Shown in pieces: positions 34,069-44,432 of a stretch of DNA of 64,000 bases. Position numbers and translations under genes: made by a program. The notes under the pieces were generated by a model. It searched no databases and was not told where the DNA came from. It was given only the letters and a program-made list of their open reading frames with translations. The DNA comes from Myxococcota bacterium (lineage in GTDB: Bacteria > Myxococcota_A > UBA9160 > UBA4427). The DNA is taken from NCBI GenBank assembly GCA_050618075.1, contig JBNLVL010000026.1, positions 58,558 to 122,557 on the forward strand, read 5' to 3'. The number at the start of each line of letters is the position of its first letter. Positions within the stretch are counted from its first letter, which is position 1.

Positions 34069-36447
34069 TCAGAGGCGGAAGCGGACCAGGGTGGCGGGGA
34101 GGAGGACGAGGTCGGTCAGCAGGCAGATCAGCATGGTGAGCGCCGTGAGCGCGCCGAACTCGCGGAGCGTGGCGAACTCCGAGAACACGATGACCCCGAA
34201 GCCCGCGACCAGCATCAGTGAAGTCATCGCGATGGGCCGACCCACGGCGCGCACCGTCGCCAGCGCGGCGGCCTCGGGCGCCGCCCCGGCCTGGCGCTCG
34301 CGCCGGTAGCGCACCATGAAGTGGGCGGTGTCGTCGACGGCGATGCCCAGGGCCACGCTTCCGATCAGGCTCGTGGGCAGGGAGAGCGGAGCGACGCCCA
34401 GGCCGAGCAGCCCGAAGAACACCACCACCGGCACGACGTTGGGCACCATGGCCACCAGCCCCAGGCGCGCCGAGGACAGCCCGAACGCGACCAGCCCGAA
34501 GATGGTGAGCGCGGCGATGCCGATGGTAAGGGGCTGGCCGCTGGCGATGCCGTCGGCGCTGCGCGCCAGCAGGATCGCGTTTCCCGTGAGCGCCGGCCGG
34601 CTCGCGTCCGGCCAGGGCCCCTGGGCGATCGCGGCGCGGATCTCCCGGGTGAGCTGGCGGATCGCCGCCGAGCCGACCTCCCCCGTGCGCACGATGACGT
34701 TGGCCTGGCCGTGGTTCACCGTGGCGAAGCGCTGCAGGTCCGTCTTGGGGATCATGAACAGCAGCTCGGAGACCCCGGAGCGGGTGTCGGGCACCCGCTC
34801 CGCGTCGGGGTCGTCCTCCTCGAAGGCCCGGTTGAGCACGCGGATCGTGTCCACGAACGACAGGGTCCGGCTGACCCCGTCGATCCGGTCGAGCCGCGCC
34901 TGGAGCGCCTCCAGCGCGCGCAGGCGCTCGGGCTCTCGCAGTCCGCCGCGCCCTCCCCCGTCGATGACCACGTACAGCGGGACCGCGCCGGCCAGCAGCC
35001 GGTTCACGGCCTCGAAGTCCGTGCGCACCGGATCCCGGGCGTCGAAGTTCGTGAGGTAGTCGGTGTCGACGACGATGTCGGGGATCGCCGCCGCCGCGAG
35101 CCCCGTGAGCAGCGCGGCCGCCGCCACGATCGCCCCGGAGTGCGCCACGACCCGGCGGGCCAGCCCGTCGAGGGCGGCCTCCAGGGCCCGGTCGAAGCGC
35201 CGTTCGGCCGCGGCCCGCACCGGCAGCAGCGCGAGGGCCGCCGGCACCGCGACCAGGGACAGGACGGTGATCGAAGCGACGCCCAGCGCCGCGAAGGCGC
35301 CCAGCTCGAGCACCGCGGGCACGTCGCTCACCAGCAGCGCCGCGAAGCCGGCCATGGTGGTGAGGCCGGCGATGCACACCGGCGCGCGCAGGTGGCGCAG
35401 CGCGGCCTCGGCGGCATCGGCGGGCGAGCCCGCGCCCGCCGCCGCGTCCTCCTCGTAGCGGGCGAAGACGTGGACGCCGTAGACGCTCCCCATGGCCACG
35501 AGGGTGGGCCCGAGCAGGCCCGTCAGGATCGTGAGCGCGTGCCCCAGGAAGGCCATCGCCGCGAAGGTCCACAGGTTCGCCACCAGGGCCACGCCCAGGG
35601 GCAGCACCACGCCGCGGCGGCGTCCGGTGGCCAGCCCGATCACGAGGGCCGCGACCGCGATGCCCAGGGGAATGAGGGCGCGCAGGTCCGAGACCATCCC
35701 GGCGTAGACCCGCGCCTTGATGTGGGGACGCCCGGAGACGTAGAGGGCCAGGTCCTCGGAGGCCTCGCCGGCGAGGATGCTCGCGATCCGGGAGTCGAGA
35801 CCGCTGGCGATGAACTCGTCGTCCCCCATGTCGCGAAAGCGCACGTTGATGGCCGCGGCCCGACCGTCCTCGGCCACCCAGGTGCGCCGGTAGATGGGGT
35901 CGGCGAGGGCGCGGTCGCGCAGCGCCCGCAGCGCGGCCGGGTCCTCGGGGATCTCCTCGATGAAGGGTCGCACCTCGACCCACTGCTCCTCGGCCACCCA
36001 GCGAAACGAGGTGACGTCGAGCAGGCTCCTCACCGAGCGCACGCCCTCGAGGTGGGCGATCCGATCCGAGACCCGTCCCAGGGTCGAGAGGCAGCGGACC
36101 GTGAAGACGTCCTCGCACTCGAGGGCGATCACGAAGACCTCGTCGTCGCCGAAGGTGCGCACGGCCTGGTCGTAGAAGGCGCGGGCGGGATCTCCGGAGG
36201 GAAGCAGGGGCTCCGTGGAGGCATCGAAGCGCAGGCGCAGGGCGCCCGATGCCGGGTCGAAGAGCGCCGCGGCCGCGAGGGCGACCGTGATCCCCACCGC
36301 GACGGCCACCGACCAGGGGTGCTCCACGACCTGACGCGGCCGGGCCAGGGCCCAGCCCACGGCCCCCGCCCACAGCAGCGCGCACCCGAGCGCGAACGCG
36401 AGCGCCAGCGGGTCGCCCGCCGCGCTCTCCCCCGTGGCTCCCGGCAT
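34069..36447 (-). CDS. MMPL / RND-superfamily exporter (HpnN-like lipid transporter)
   Basis: 792-aa ORF with two 6-TM bundles separated by soluble domains, an architecture typical of MMPL-type exporters. Confidence 0.85.
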   Translation of the reverse strand: MPGATGESAAGDPLALAFALGCALLWAGAVGWALARPRQVVEHPWSVAVAVGITVALAAAALFDPASGALRLRFDASTEPLLPSGDPARAFYDQAVRTFGDDEVFVIALECEDVFTVRCLSTLGRVSDRIAHLEGVRSVRSLLDVTSFRWVAEEQWVEVRPFIEEIPEDPAALRALRDRALADPIYRRTWVAEDGRAAAINVRFRDMGDDEFIASGLDSRIASILAGEASEDLALYVSGRPHIKARVYAGMVSDLRALIPLGIAVAALVIGLATGRRRGVVLPLGVALVANLWTFAAMAFLGHALTILTGLLGPTLVAMGSVYGVHVFARYEEDAAAGAGSPADAAEAALRHLRAPVCIAGLTTMAGFAALLVSDVPAVLELGAFAALGVASITVLSLVAVPAALALLPVRAAAERRFDRALEAALDGLARRVVAHSGAIVAAAALLTGLAAAAIPDIVVDTDYLTNFDARDPVRTDFEAVNRLLAGAVPLYVVIDGGGRGGLREPERLRALEALQARLDRIDGVSRTLSFVDTIRVLNRAFEEDDPDAERVPDTRSGVSELLFMIPKTDLQRFATVNHGQANVIVRTGEVGSAAIRQLTREIRAAIAQGPWPDASRPALTGNAILLARSADGIASGQPLTIGIAALTIFGLVAFGLSSARLGLVAMVPNVVPVVVFFGLLGLGVAPLSLPTSLIGSVALGIAVDDTAHFMVRYRRERQAGAAPEAAALATVRAVGRPIAMTSLMLVAGFGVIVFSEFATLREFGALTALTMLICLLTDLVLLPATLVRFRL

Positions 36448-36553
36448 GGGCTGGGGTGTAGTCGCGGCGCCTCGCGGGCGCCAGCCCGGCCCCGGGAACC
36501 GGCCCCGCTGCGCTTGCGGCGAAGAGGGAACTCGTCATAATCGGGCCGGGTTT

Positions 36554-36630
<77 letters not shown>

Positions 36631-36788
36631 CCCTCCCTCTCTACTCTGCGTCCGCCGTCGCGTCCCCGGGCGCGTCCACCCGCATCCGCGATCCCTTGGG
36701 GACCGCTGGGGCGCCGGGCCGGTCCGGCGCGGCATACTCGGGTCCCAGGCCGGCGCCATGCGGGCGCCGCCCGCGAGAGGGATCGCCC

Positions 36789-37319
36789 ATGCGAACGGCT
36801 CCCATCCTCCCCCTGATGACCCTGACGACGGCTCTGGCGTCCGGCCTCTGCGGCGCCTGCGGCCCGGCCTCCGATCCGGGACCGGAACCCATCGAGGTCC
36901 GCGTGGGAGGCATCGGGCTGGACCCCCGGACCGATTCACCGGTGGTGGTCCTGCGCGAGCGAGACGGCGCCCGCAGCCTGCCCATCTGGATCGGCACCGC
37001 GGAGGCCCGCTCCATCGCCATCGGGCTCGAGTCCCTCGAGCTGCCGCGCCCCAACACCCACGACCTGGCCAAGCGACTGCTCGCGAGCCTCGACGCACGC
37101 CTGGACCGCAGCGTGGTGACGAGCCTGCTGGACGGCACCTACTACGCCGTCATGGTGCTCGAGACCGGCGATCGGCACCTGGAGATCGACGCCCGCCCCA
37201 GCGACGCCATCGCCATCGCCCTGCGCATGGGCGCGCCCCTCTACGTGAGCGAAGGCCTGCTGGAGCCGCCCCCGGACCGCGGCGAGGCCCCCGAAGAAGG
37301 CGAAGAGCTCTCCCTCTAG
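36789..37319 (+). CDS. Bifunctional nuclease (DNase/RNase, BFN/DUF151) family protein with lipoprotein-like signal
   Basis: Trimmed from ORF 36570..37319, which overlaps the tRNA, to ATG 36789. Motifs PVVVLRE..G.R.LPIWIG..EA.SI and [13 protein letters not shown] are typical of the family. Confidence 0.85.
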   Translation: MRTAPILPLMTLTTALASGLCGACGPASDPGPEPIEVRVGGIGLDPRTDSPVVVLRERDGARSLPIWIGTAEARSIAIGLESLELPRPNTHDLAKRLLASLDARLDRSVVTSLLDGTYYAVMVLETGDRHLEIDARPSDAIAIALRMGAPLYVSEGLLEPPPDRGEAPEEGEELSL

Positions 37320-37646
37320 ACGGCGCGGCAGGGCGTGTGCAACTCGGCCCCGATCGCATCGGAAACCATGGGCAATGGCGGGACCGTCGCAGGCTCGCGC
37401 CTGCCGACACACGAACATGTAGTCCGCAGGGACCTGCTCGCGGTCCGTTGACAAGGGTCTGGGCCGGTGTCAGGATCGCTTCGTTCCCGACGCTGTGGCC
37501 GGCATCACGGCGGTCCTTCAAGCGTCTCTCCCGGCCGCTGCGGCGCGACCCACCGAGAATCCGAGACCGGTTTCCGTCCATGTGACGCGGTGGGAAGCGC
37601 AGAGACGGAGACGGAGAGGGAGACGGGGACGAGAGAGGAACCGTCG

Positions 37647-37901
37647 ATGACGTTCGAAGAGTTGGCCTGGGAGTTCGTCGAGGTCTTCGACGAGCTGGAC
37701 GTGGCCGACATCAACACGATGCTCGCCAAGAACGTTCCGATGGAGAAGCTCGAGTTCTTCAACGCCTTCGCCGAGCAGTTCGCCAAGCAGGAAGGGCTGG
37801 TCGGGGACACCGGCCGCCGTCTTCCCAACCTCATGCTCATCGGTTACATCCTCCGCATTCTCGAGGAGCGTCTGCCCGTCAGCGAGCCGACGGGCGACTG
37901 A
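37647..37901 (+). CDS. Small acidic helical hypothetical protein (84 aa)
   Basis: ATG 37647 follows a purine-rich leader. The sequence MTFEELAWEFVEVFDELDV... has protein-like composition and locally lower GC. No family is recognised. Confidence 0.55.
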   Translation: MTFEELAWEFVEVFDELDVADINTMLAKNVPMEKLEFFNAFAEQFAKQEGLVGDTGRRLPNLMLIGYILRILEERLPVSEPTGD

Positions 37902-37927
37902 CGCCGCCTCCCTTCGTGGAGACCGCG

Positions 37928-38323
37928 ATGTCCAGCGAGTCGCCCATCGAGGTGCGGGCCGCCACCGCGCCCGAGCCGGTCGGACCCTATTCCCAGGCCA
38001 TCCAGTACGACGGGCTGATCTTCTGCTCGGGCCAGATCCCCCTCGACCCCGCCACGGGCGAGCTCGTGGGCGGCGAGATCGAGGACCAGGCGCGGAGGGT
38101 CATCGCCAACCTCTCGGCGGTGCTCGAAGCCGCGGGCTCGAGCCTCGACCGGGTGATCCGGACCTCGGTCTACCTGGTGGACCTGTCGCTGTTCCCGCGC
38201 GTCAACGCGGTCTACGCCGAGGCCTTCACGGGAGCCCCCGCGCCCGCCCGCTCGACGGTGCAGGTGGCCGCGCTGCCGCTGGGCGCGGAGATCGAGATCG
38301 ACCTCATCGCCCGGGCCGGCTGA
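37928..38323 (+). CDS. RidA/YjgF-family reactive intermediate deaminase
   Basis: APEPVGPYSQAI..DGLIFCSGQIPLDP.TGELV and ARSTVQVAALPLGAEIEI motifs. The start could instead be GTG 37916. Confidence 0.9.
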   Translation: MSSESPIEVRAATAPEPVGPYSQAIQYDGLIFCSGQIPLDPATGELVGGEIEDQARRVIANLSAVLEAAGSSLDRVIRTSVYLVDLSLFPRVNAVYAEAFTGAPAPARSTVQVAALPLGAEIEIDLIARAG

Positions 38324-39014
38324 CGCCGCTCCCGTACTCCCGCACCAGCTTCGGCAGGTTGACCCCGTTCACCAGCGTGTGGGCGACCACGGGCGCCGTC
38401 AGGTTGCCGGTCCACTGGTAGAGCCCCCCGAAGAGCAGCCCCGCCCCGATGGCAAAGACCGTCCAGGGCGCGAACTCGCGCCGGGGGACGAAGTGCAGCA
38501 CCCCGAAGAGCAGGCTGGCCCACAGCCAGCCCACGACGGGCTGCAGGGCGCCCCGGAAGAGGAGTTCCTCGGCCAGCCCGCTGGCGGTCGCCAGCAGCAG
38601 CGCATCGGGCACCGAGAGCGGCCCCAGCGCCCCGGCCAGCGAGCGGGCCAGGTCCTCGCCCCAGCGCGTCCGCCGGGTGGCGAGGCTCGACAGGCCCAGC
38701 AGCACGCCACCCACCGCCACCCCGAGACCGAGGTCGCGAGCGAAGGTGGAGAGCGCCGCGCTGGCCGGCCCGGCGAAGGTCCAGATCGCCTGGCCCTGCC
38801 AGCCCACCCGCCACAGCACCGCCACGGCCGCCATGGCCCCGTAGAAGACCAGTCCGAAGCGGACGAAGACCTCGGGCGGGGGCGGTCCGGCCTCGCTCCC
38901 CCCGGCGTCGTCGCGCAGCGGTCCGCCTCCCCCGCCCGGCTCGCCTCGCCCCTCGTCCACTCTCGCGTCCCCTCGATGCGCGAACGGATCGCGCTCATTT
39001 GACCCTTTGGACAC
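38304..39014 (-). CDS. CPBP-family (CAAX/Abi) intramembrane metalloprotease
   Basis: Motifs LAEELLFRGALQ, FGVLHF and APVVAHTLVN. GTG start is uncertain (atypical N-terminal 40 aa). The 3' end overlaps the RidA gene by 20 nt. Confidence 0.8.
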   Translation of the reverse strand: MSKGSNERDPFAHRGDARVDEGRGEPGGGGGPLRDDAGGSEAGPPPPEVFVRFGLVFYGAMAAVAVLWRVGWQGQAIWTFAGPASAALSTFARDLGLGVAVGGVLLGLSSLATRRTRWGEDLARSLAGALGPLSVPDALLLATASGLAEELLFRGALQPVVGWLWASLLFGVLHFVPRREFAPWTVFAIGAGLLFGGLYQWTGNLTAPVVAHTLVNGVNLPKLVREYGSGVSRPGR

Positions 39015-39159
39015 GCACGGTTAGCTTCCAACAGGGGCCTGGTTCCCGTGGGGCCGCAGGTGGCCCGCTCGGGCCGCCCGAGCCCTCTCCGGCGCGATCG
39101 GGGCCCATACGGCCCGATCGGGGCCGGGCAGTTTAACGTCCAGACCCGGAAGAGCATCC

Positions 39160-39636
39160 ATGTCCGATCGAGTGCCCATGACGCCCGGTGGCTACCAGAA
39201 GCTCAAGGACGACCTGCACCAGCTGAAGACCGTGGAGCGATACGAGAACGTCAAGGAGATCGAGGAGGCGCGAGCCCACGGCGACATCTCCGAGAACGCG
39301 GAGTTCCACGCGGCGAAGGAGAAGCAGGCCCACATCGAGGGCCGGATCCGCATGCTCGAGGACAAGATCGCCCGGGCCCAGATCATCGACCCGAGCCAGC
39401 AGGGCTCGGACAAGGTCCGCTTCGGGACCACCGTGGTGCTGAGCGACACCGAGAGCGGCGAGGAGGTCACGTACCGCATCGTGGGCGAGGACGAGTCGGA
39501 CGTGGCCGAAGGCCTCATCTCCATCACCTCGCCGGTGGCCCGTGCGCTGCTCGGCAAGGAGGTGGACGACGAGGTGAAGGTCCGGGTGCCCAAGGGCACC
39601 CGGGAGTTCGAAGTCCTCGAGATCCGGGCGGAGTAG
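39160..39636 (+). CDS. greA: Transcription elongation factor GreA
   Basis: 158-aa ORF. GDISENAEFHAAKEKQ and ISITSPVARALLGK motifs. Confidence 0.95.
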   Translation: MSDRVPMTPGGYQKLKDDLHQLKTVERYENVKEIEEARAHGDISENAEFHAAKEKQAHIEGRIRMLEDKIARAQIIDPSQQGSDKVRFGTTVVLSDTESGEEVTYRIVGEDESDVAEGLISITSPVARALLGKEVDDEVKVRVPKGTREFEVLEIRAE

Positions 39637-39737
39637 GCCGCCCCGCGGCCCCACCGCGCCGGCGTCCGGGCGGCCCCTCGGCCCGGAGCGACGAATTGAT
39701 TTTCGGGCGGGAGCCCCTAGACTCCCGCCCGCGCCGT

Positions 39738-39813
39738 TCCCCGGTAGCTCAGCTGGCAGAGCAAGCGGCTGTTAACCGCTGGGTCGTAGGTTCGAGTCCT
39801 ACCCGGGGAGCCA
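39738..39813 (+). tRNA. tRNA-Asn (anticodon GUU)
   Basis: Acceptor TCCCCGG/CCGGGGA, D-arm GCTC-AGCTGGCA-GAGC, anticodon arm AGCGG-CTGTTAA-CCGCT, T-arm GTAGG-TTCGAGT-CCTAC, encoded CCA. Confidence 0.95.
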
Positions 39814-39948
39814 CGCTTCCCCCGCCGCGCGAGGCGCGCGAAACGCGCCGCCGCCGGCTTCTTGCCCGATGCGTCCTCGATCTTCGCGCCCGTCGCGGCG
39901 CGTCCATCGGCCCTGCGCGCGCCGACCTCGCGTGGGTTCGCGAGGCGC

Positions 39949-42900
39949 TCAGGAGCGCGCCGCGATCCTCGGCGGCGTCCCGTCCCCGGTGTCGCTCACG
40001 GGAGTGAGGGTCCGCCGGCGGGCCCTCGGGTTCAGGTCCTCCAGGACGAGATACGCCGACGGCACCAGGAAGAGCGAGATCACCGTCGCGAACGCCACCC
40101 CGAAGGCGAGGCTCGTGGCCATGGGAATGAGGAACGCCGCCGAGACGCTGCGCTCGAAGAGCAGCGGTGTCAGCCCCGCGAAGGTCGTCAGCGACGTGAG
40201 GACGATGGGCCGGAAGCGCGCCACGCCGGCGTTGTGGACCGCGACCTCCAGGGGGTCGCCGGCCTCGCGCCGGGTGTTGACGTAGTGCACCAGGACCAGG
40301 CTCGCGTTGACCACCACGCCCGTCAGGGCCACCACGCCGAAGACCGACATCATGCTGAGGTTCATCCCCATCAGCAGGTGGCCTGCGATGGCGCCCACCA
40401 GCCCGAACGGGATCACGGCCATGATGATGAGCGGCTGGAAGTAGGAGCGCAGCGGAATCGCCAGCAGGGCGTAGATCACGACCAGGGCGAAGCCGAAGTT
40501 CCGGATGAGCGCGCCCATGGTCTTCTGCTGCTCGCGCTGCTCGCCCTCGAGGTCGTAGGAGAGGCCGGGGAAGTCGGCCAGCAGCCGGGGAATGAACTCC
40601 GCGCGCAGCGCCCGCAGCACCTCGTTGGAGGTGGTGACGGTCTCGTCGAGCTTCGCCGTCACGTTGATCACCCGCTGGCGGTCGGCGCGCTTGATGTTGG
40701 CGTAGCCGCGGGTGCGCTCGGCGCGGGCGACGGCGTAGAACGGGACCTCGCCCCCGTCGGCCGTGCGGATGCGCAGGTTGTCGAGGTCGGCCAGGCTCCG
40801 GCGCTGGCTCTCGGGATAGCGGACCATGACCCGGACGTCGTCGCGCCCGCGCTGGATGCGCTGGGCCTCGGCGCCGTAGAACGCCTGACGCACCTGGCGC
40901 GACAGGTCCTCGAGGGTCAGCCCCAGGCTCTCCGCGGCGGGCAGGATGTCCAGGCGGATCTCCTCCTTGCCCTCGCGGAACGAGTCGTTCACGTCGAAGA
41001 CCCCGGGATAGGTCCGGAGCTTCTCCTTCATCCGCTCCGCCGCCACCAGCAGCATGTCGACGTCGGAGGACTGGAGGCGCACGTCGATGGGGTCGCCCAC
41101 GGAGAAGAGCGCGGAGCTGAAGGTCAGCTCCTCGGCGCCGGGCACCGGCGGCGAGAGCGCGCGCCAGCGGTCCTCGACGCTCTTGGCGCTGATCGGGCGC
41201 GCGTCGCCGGAGCGCAGCTCGAGGCTCACCTCGCCCAGGTGGCTGCCGCCGCCTCCCGCGCGCGAGAGGCTCGGTGGGCCGTTGCTGACCGAGGGCTGCT
41301 GTCCCACCGAGGCGAGGACGTGCAGGATCTGCTCCTCCTCGTGGGCCGCGTCCAGCTCCCGCTTCAGGCGCCAGGCCGCCTGCTCGATCTGCTCGATCGC
41401 CGCCGCCGTCACCTCCTCGGGAGTCCCGTCGGGCATGGTGAGGCGCGCGGTCACGTAGTCCGCCTCGACCGCCGGGAAGAAGCTGAACTTGAGACGCCCG
41501 GAGCCCACCACCGAGATCGTCACCACGAAGATCGCGATCCCGAGCGCCAGCGTGGCGTAGCGCCATTCGAGCGCGCGCGTGAGCACCGGCCGGTAGACGT
41601 CGCTGGCCAGCCGCTCGAGGCTGCCGGACATCCGGCTCTGGAAGCGCTGCCAACGGGCCTTGACGCCGTCGCCGGTGGGCTCGGCCTCGAGGTGGCGGGG
41701 CCCGATGCGCATGTGGCCCAGGTGGGCCGGCAGGACGAGCTGCGATTCGACCAGCGAGAAGAACAGGCACAGGATCACGACCATCCCGATGGCGCCGAAG
41801 ATCTGTCCCATGGGACCGGGCGAGACGATCAGCGGGAAGAACGCGGCGACGGTGGTGAGCACGCCGAAGACCACCGGGATCGCCACCTCCTGGGCTCCGC
41901 GGATGGCCGATTGCAGCGGGTCCTCGCCCTGCTCCTGGTGGCGGTGGACGTTCTCGCCCACCACGATGGCGTCGTCGACGAGCAGGCCCAGCACCAGGAT
42001 GAACGCGAACAGCGAGATGACGTCGATGGAGATGCCGATCATCGGGAACAGGGCCAGCGCGCCCAGGAACGCGATGGGGACGCCGATGGCCACCCAGAAG
42101 GCCAGCCGCAGCCGCAGGAAGAGCGCCAGCAGCAGGAAGACCAGGATGAACCCGCCGCGACCGTTGCGGATGAGGATGTCCAGGCGGTCCCGCAGGACCT
42201 GGGAGCCGTCCCGCCACACGGTCACCGCGAGGCTCTCGGGCAGGCGCGCGGTCGCCTCCCCGGTGTACTCCTTCACGCGCTCGACCAGGTCGAGGACCTT
42301 CTGCTCGCCGACGCGAAACACCTTGATCAGGACCGCACGGCGGCCGTCGAAGCGGGCGTAGCTCGGGTCCTCCTCGAAGCCGTCGCGCACGCTCGCGATC
42401 TCGCCGAGCAGGAGCCGCGTGCCGTCCTCCCGGGTCAGCACCACCAGCTGCTCGAACTCCTCTCCCCGATAGGCCTGGCCCACCGTGCGCAGCCGCACCT
42501 CGCCGGACTCCGTGCGGATCGAGCCGCCGGGACGGTCGAGGGACCCCCGGCGGACCGCCGCGACCACCTGGTCGAAGGTGAGCCCGTGGCGGCGCAGGGT
42601 CTCCTCGGAGACCTCGATGGAGATCTCGTAGGGGCGCACGCTGGCCAGCTCGACCTGGGTCACGTCGGGCAGGGAGGAGATCTCGTCGCGCACGCGCTCG
42701 CCGATCTCCTTCAGGGCGCGCTCCGAGGCGTCGCCCGACAGCGCGATCTGCATGGCGTTGCGCCGGACGGTGAGGTGGCTCACGACGGGCTTCTCGGTGT
42801 CCTCGGGAAACGTGTCGATCGCGTCCACCGCGTTCTTGATCTCGGACAGCGCCCGGTCGACCGGGTAGCCCTCGAGCAGCTCGGCCGAGACCCCGCAGTT

Positions 42901-43164
42901 GCCCTCGGCGGCGGTGGAGCGGATCTTCTCGATCCCCTCGATGCCCTGGATCTCCTCCTCGACCCGCACGCAGACCGACTCCTCGACCTCCTCGGGCGTG
43001 GCGCCCAGGAACGGCACGCCGATCTGGATCACCTCGGTCTGGATGTCGGGGAAGGACTTCTGGTTGATCGCGGGCAGCGCCGCGATGCCGCCGAAGACGA
43101 TCAGGATCATCAGCAGGTTCGCGGCCACGTGGTTGCGGGCGAACCACGCGATGGGCCCGCTCAC
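39949..43164 (-). CDS. Efflux RND transporter permease subunit (AcrB family)
   Basis: Trimmed to GTG 43164 (VSGPIAWFARNHVAANLLM...), which overlaps the MFP stop as GTGA. It has 12-TM RND topology and conserved LVDDAIVV block. Confidence 0.9.
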   Translation of the reverse strand: MSGPIAWFARNHVAANLLMILIVFGGIAALPAINQKSFPDIQTEVIQIGVPFLGATPEEVEESVCVRVEEEIQGIEGIEKIRSTAAEGNCGVSAELLEGYPVDRALSEIKNAVDAIDTFPEDTEKPVVSHLTVRRNAMQIALSGDASERALKEIGERVRDEISSLPDVTQVELASVRPYEISIEVSEETLRRHGLTFDQVVAAVRRGSLDRPGGSIRTESGEVRLRTVGQAYRGEEFEQLVVLTREDGTRLLLGEIASVRDGFEEDPSYARFDGRRAVLIKVFRVGEQKVLDLVERVKEYTGEATARLPESLAVTVWRDGSQVLRDRLDILIRNGRGGFILVFLLLALFLRLRLAFWVAIGVPIAFLGALALFPMIGISIDVISLFAFILVLGLLVDDAIVVGENVHRHQEQGEDPLQSAIRGAQEVAIPVVFGVLTTVAAFFPLIVSPGPMGQIFGAIGMVVILCLFFSLVESQLVLPAHLGHMRIGPRHLEAEPTGDGVKARWQRFQSRMSGSLERLASDVYRPVLTRALEWRYATLALGIAIFVVTISVVGSGRLKFSFFPAVEADYVTARLTMPDGTPEEVTAAAIEQIEQAAWRLKRELDAAHEEEQILHVLASVGQQPSVSNGPPSLSRAGGGGSHLGEVSLELRSGDARPISAKSVEDRWRALSPPVPGAEELTFSSALFSVGDPIDVRLQSSDVDMLLVAAERMKEKLRTYPGVFDVNDSFREGKEEIRLDILPAAESLGLTLEDLSRQVRQAFYGAEAQRIQRGRDDVRVMVRYPESQRRSLADLDNLRIRTADGGEVPFYAVARAERTRGYANIKRADRQRVINVTAKLDETVTTSNEVLRALRAEFIPRLLADFPGLSYDLEGEQREQQKTMGALIRNFGFALVVIYALLAIPLRSYFQPLIIMAVIPFGLVGAIAGHLLMGMNLSMMSVFGVVALTGVVVNASLVLVHYVNTRREAGDPLEVAVHNAGVARFRPIVLTSLTTFAGLTPLLFERSVSAAFLIPMATSLAFGVAFATVISLFLVPSAYLVLEDLNPRARRRTLTPVSDTGDGTPPRIAARS

Positions 43165-44432
43165 GGGTCTTCTCCCGGGGTCGCGTCGAGGCGCGCGACC
43201 GGCGCCTGGGCGCGGTGCACCCGCACCGCCATGCCGTCCACGACGCCGCGCAGGGGCGAGACGACCACCTCCTCTCCGGGCAGGAGGCCGCCTCCGAGCA
43301 CCACGCGGTCGCGCTCCACCCGCAGCACGTCCACGTCCCGGAAGGTCAGCCGGCCGTCGCCGTCGACCACCCAGACCACGTGGTCCTCGCCCTGCTCCGC
43401 GCGGCGCAGGGCGGTGCGCGGGAGCACGATGGCGCGATCCACCGACCGGCCTTCGATCTCCGCCTCGACGAACAGCCCCACCGCCAGCGGAGCCATCGAC
43501 TCCTCGCTGCGACGACCGTAGGGGTCGGGCACGCGCGCGATCACGTTCACCATCCGGCTGCGCGGGTCGATCTCGCCCTCGGTCCGCACGATCCTGCCCT
43601 GCCACGCGTGGGACCGGCCGGCGAACTCGGCGCGCAGGGTCACCTCGGGCGTGTTCCCTGGGGCGTCGGCCGGAGGCGGAGCCCCGGCGGCCTCGGGATC
43701 GGGCGTCGGGGTGCGCGTGGGACGCAGGGAGAGGTCGAGGAACCGCAGCTCGCGGTCCGGGAGCGGCAGCCTCACTTCGGCGAAGTCCACCGCGTACAGG
43801 CGGGCGATGGTCTGGCCGCGGGCCACGAACTGCCCGACGTCGACGCTCTCGCTGCGAACGCGGCCTTCGTACGGTGCTTGCAGCTCGGTCCGCTCGAGGT
43901 CCCGCTGCGCGCGCGTGAGGCGGGCCTGCGCCTCGCGCAGGGTGGCCTGGGCCACCGCGTGGGCATTCTCGGCGTCGTCGATGCGCGATTCGGCGGCGAC
44001 CGAGCGGTCGGCCAGGCGCCGCTGGCGCGCCAGCTCCTTCTCCGCGCGAGCGAACTCGCTGCGCGCGCGGGCCAGCATCGCCCGCGCCTCCTCGAGCGCG
44101 GCCTCGTAATCGGCGCGCTCGATGCGCAGCAGCGGCTCCCCCTCCTCGAAGAAGCCACCGGCCACGAGGTCGGGGGAGACCCAGACGACCTCACCGGAGA
44201 CCTGGGGCACCAGGTCTCCCTCGGAGCGCGGGACCACGACTCCGTTGCCGTAGACGTGGAAGCGCACCGGTCCGAGCGAGGCCTCTACCACCTCGACGAG
44301 CGGCGCGGGCTGGGCCCGCTTCTCGGGCTCGAGCTCGGGACGCGTCGCCACCACCACCGCGGCGACGAGGAACCCGCCGAGGAGGATCGCGATGGGAGCC
44401 CAGACCCTGGGCGACCCGATCTTCGGGTTCAT
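43161..44432 (-). CDS. Efflux RND transporter periplasmic adaptor (MFP) subunit
   Basis: 423-aa ORF with N-terminal TM, coiled-coil hairpin (ARAEKELARQRRL...AQARLTRAQRDLERTELQAPYEGRV) and beta-barrel domain. Confidence 0.9.
   Translation of the reverse strand: MNPKIGSPRVWAPIAILLGGFLVAAVVVATRPELEPEKRAQPAPLVEVVEASLGPVRFHVYGNGVVVPRSEGDLVPQVSGEVVWVSPDLVAGGFFEEGEPLLRIERADYEAALEEARAMLARARSEFARAEKELARQRRLADRSVAAESRIDDAENAHAVAQATLREAQARLTRAQRDLERTELQAPYEGRVRSESVDVGQFVARGQTIARLYAVDFAEVRLPLPDRELRFLDLSLRPTRTPTPDPEAAGAPPPADAPGNTPEVTLRAEFAGRSHAWQGRIVRTEGEIDPRSRMVNVIARVPDPYGRRSEESMAPLAVGLFVEAEIEGRSVDRAIVLPRTALRRAEQGEDHVVWVVDGDGRLTFRDVDVLRVERDRVVLGGGLLPGEEVVVSPLRGVVDGMAVRVHRAQAPVARLDATPGEDP

Noticed and set aside
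39690-39730. Intrinsic terminator after greA: 10-bp hairpin CGGGCGGGAG...CTCCCGCCCG.
   Set aside because: The T-run (GATTTTC) lies upstream rather than downstream of the stem on the plus strand, and there is no U-tract in either transcription direction. It may be a structural element or part of the tRNA-Asn promoter region, but I cannot support a terminator call.
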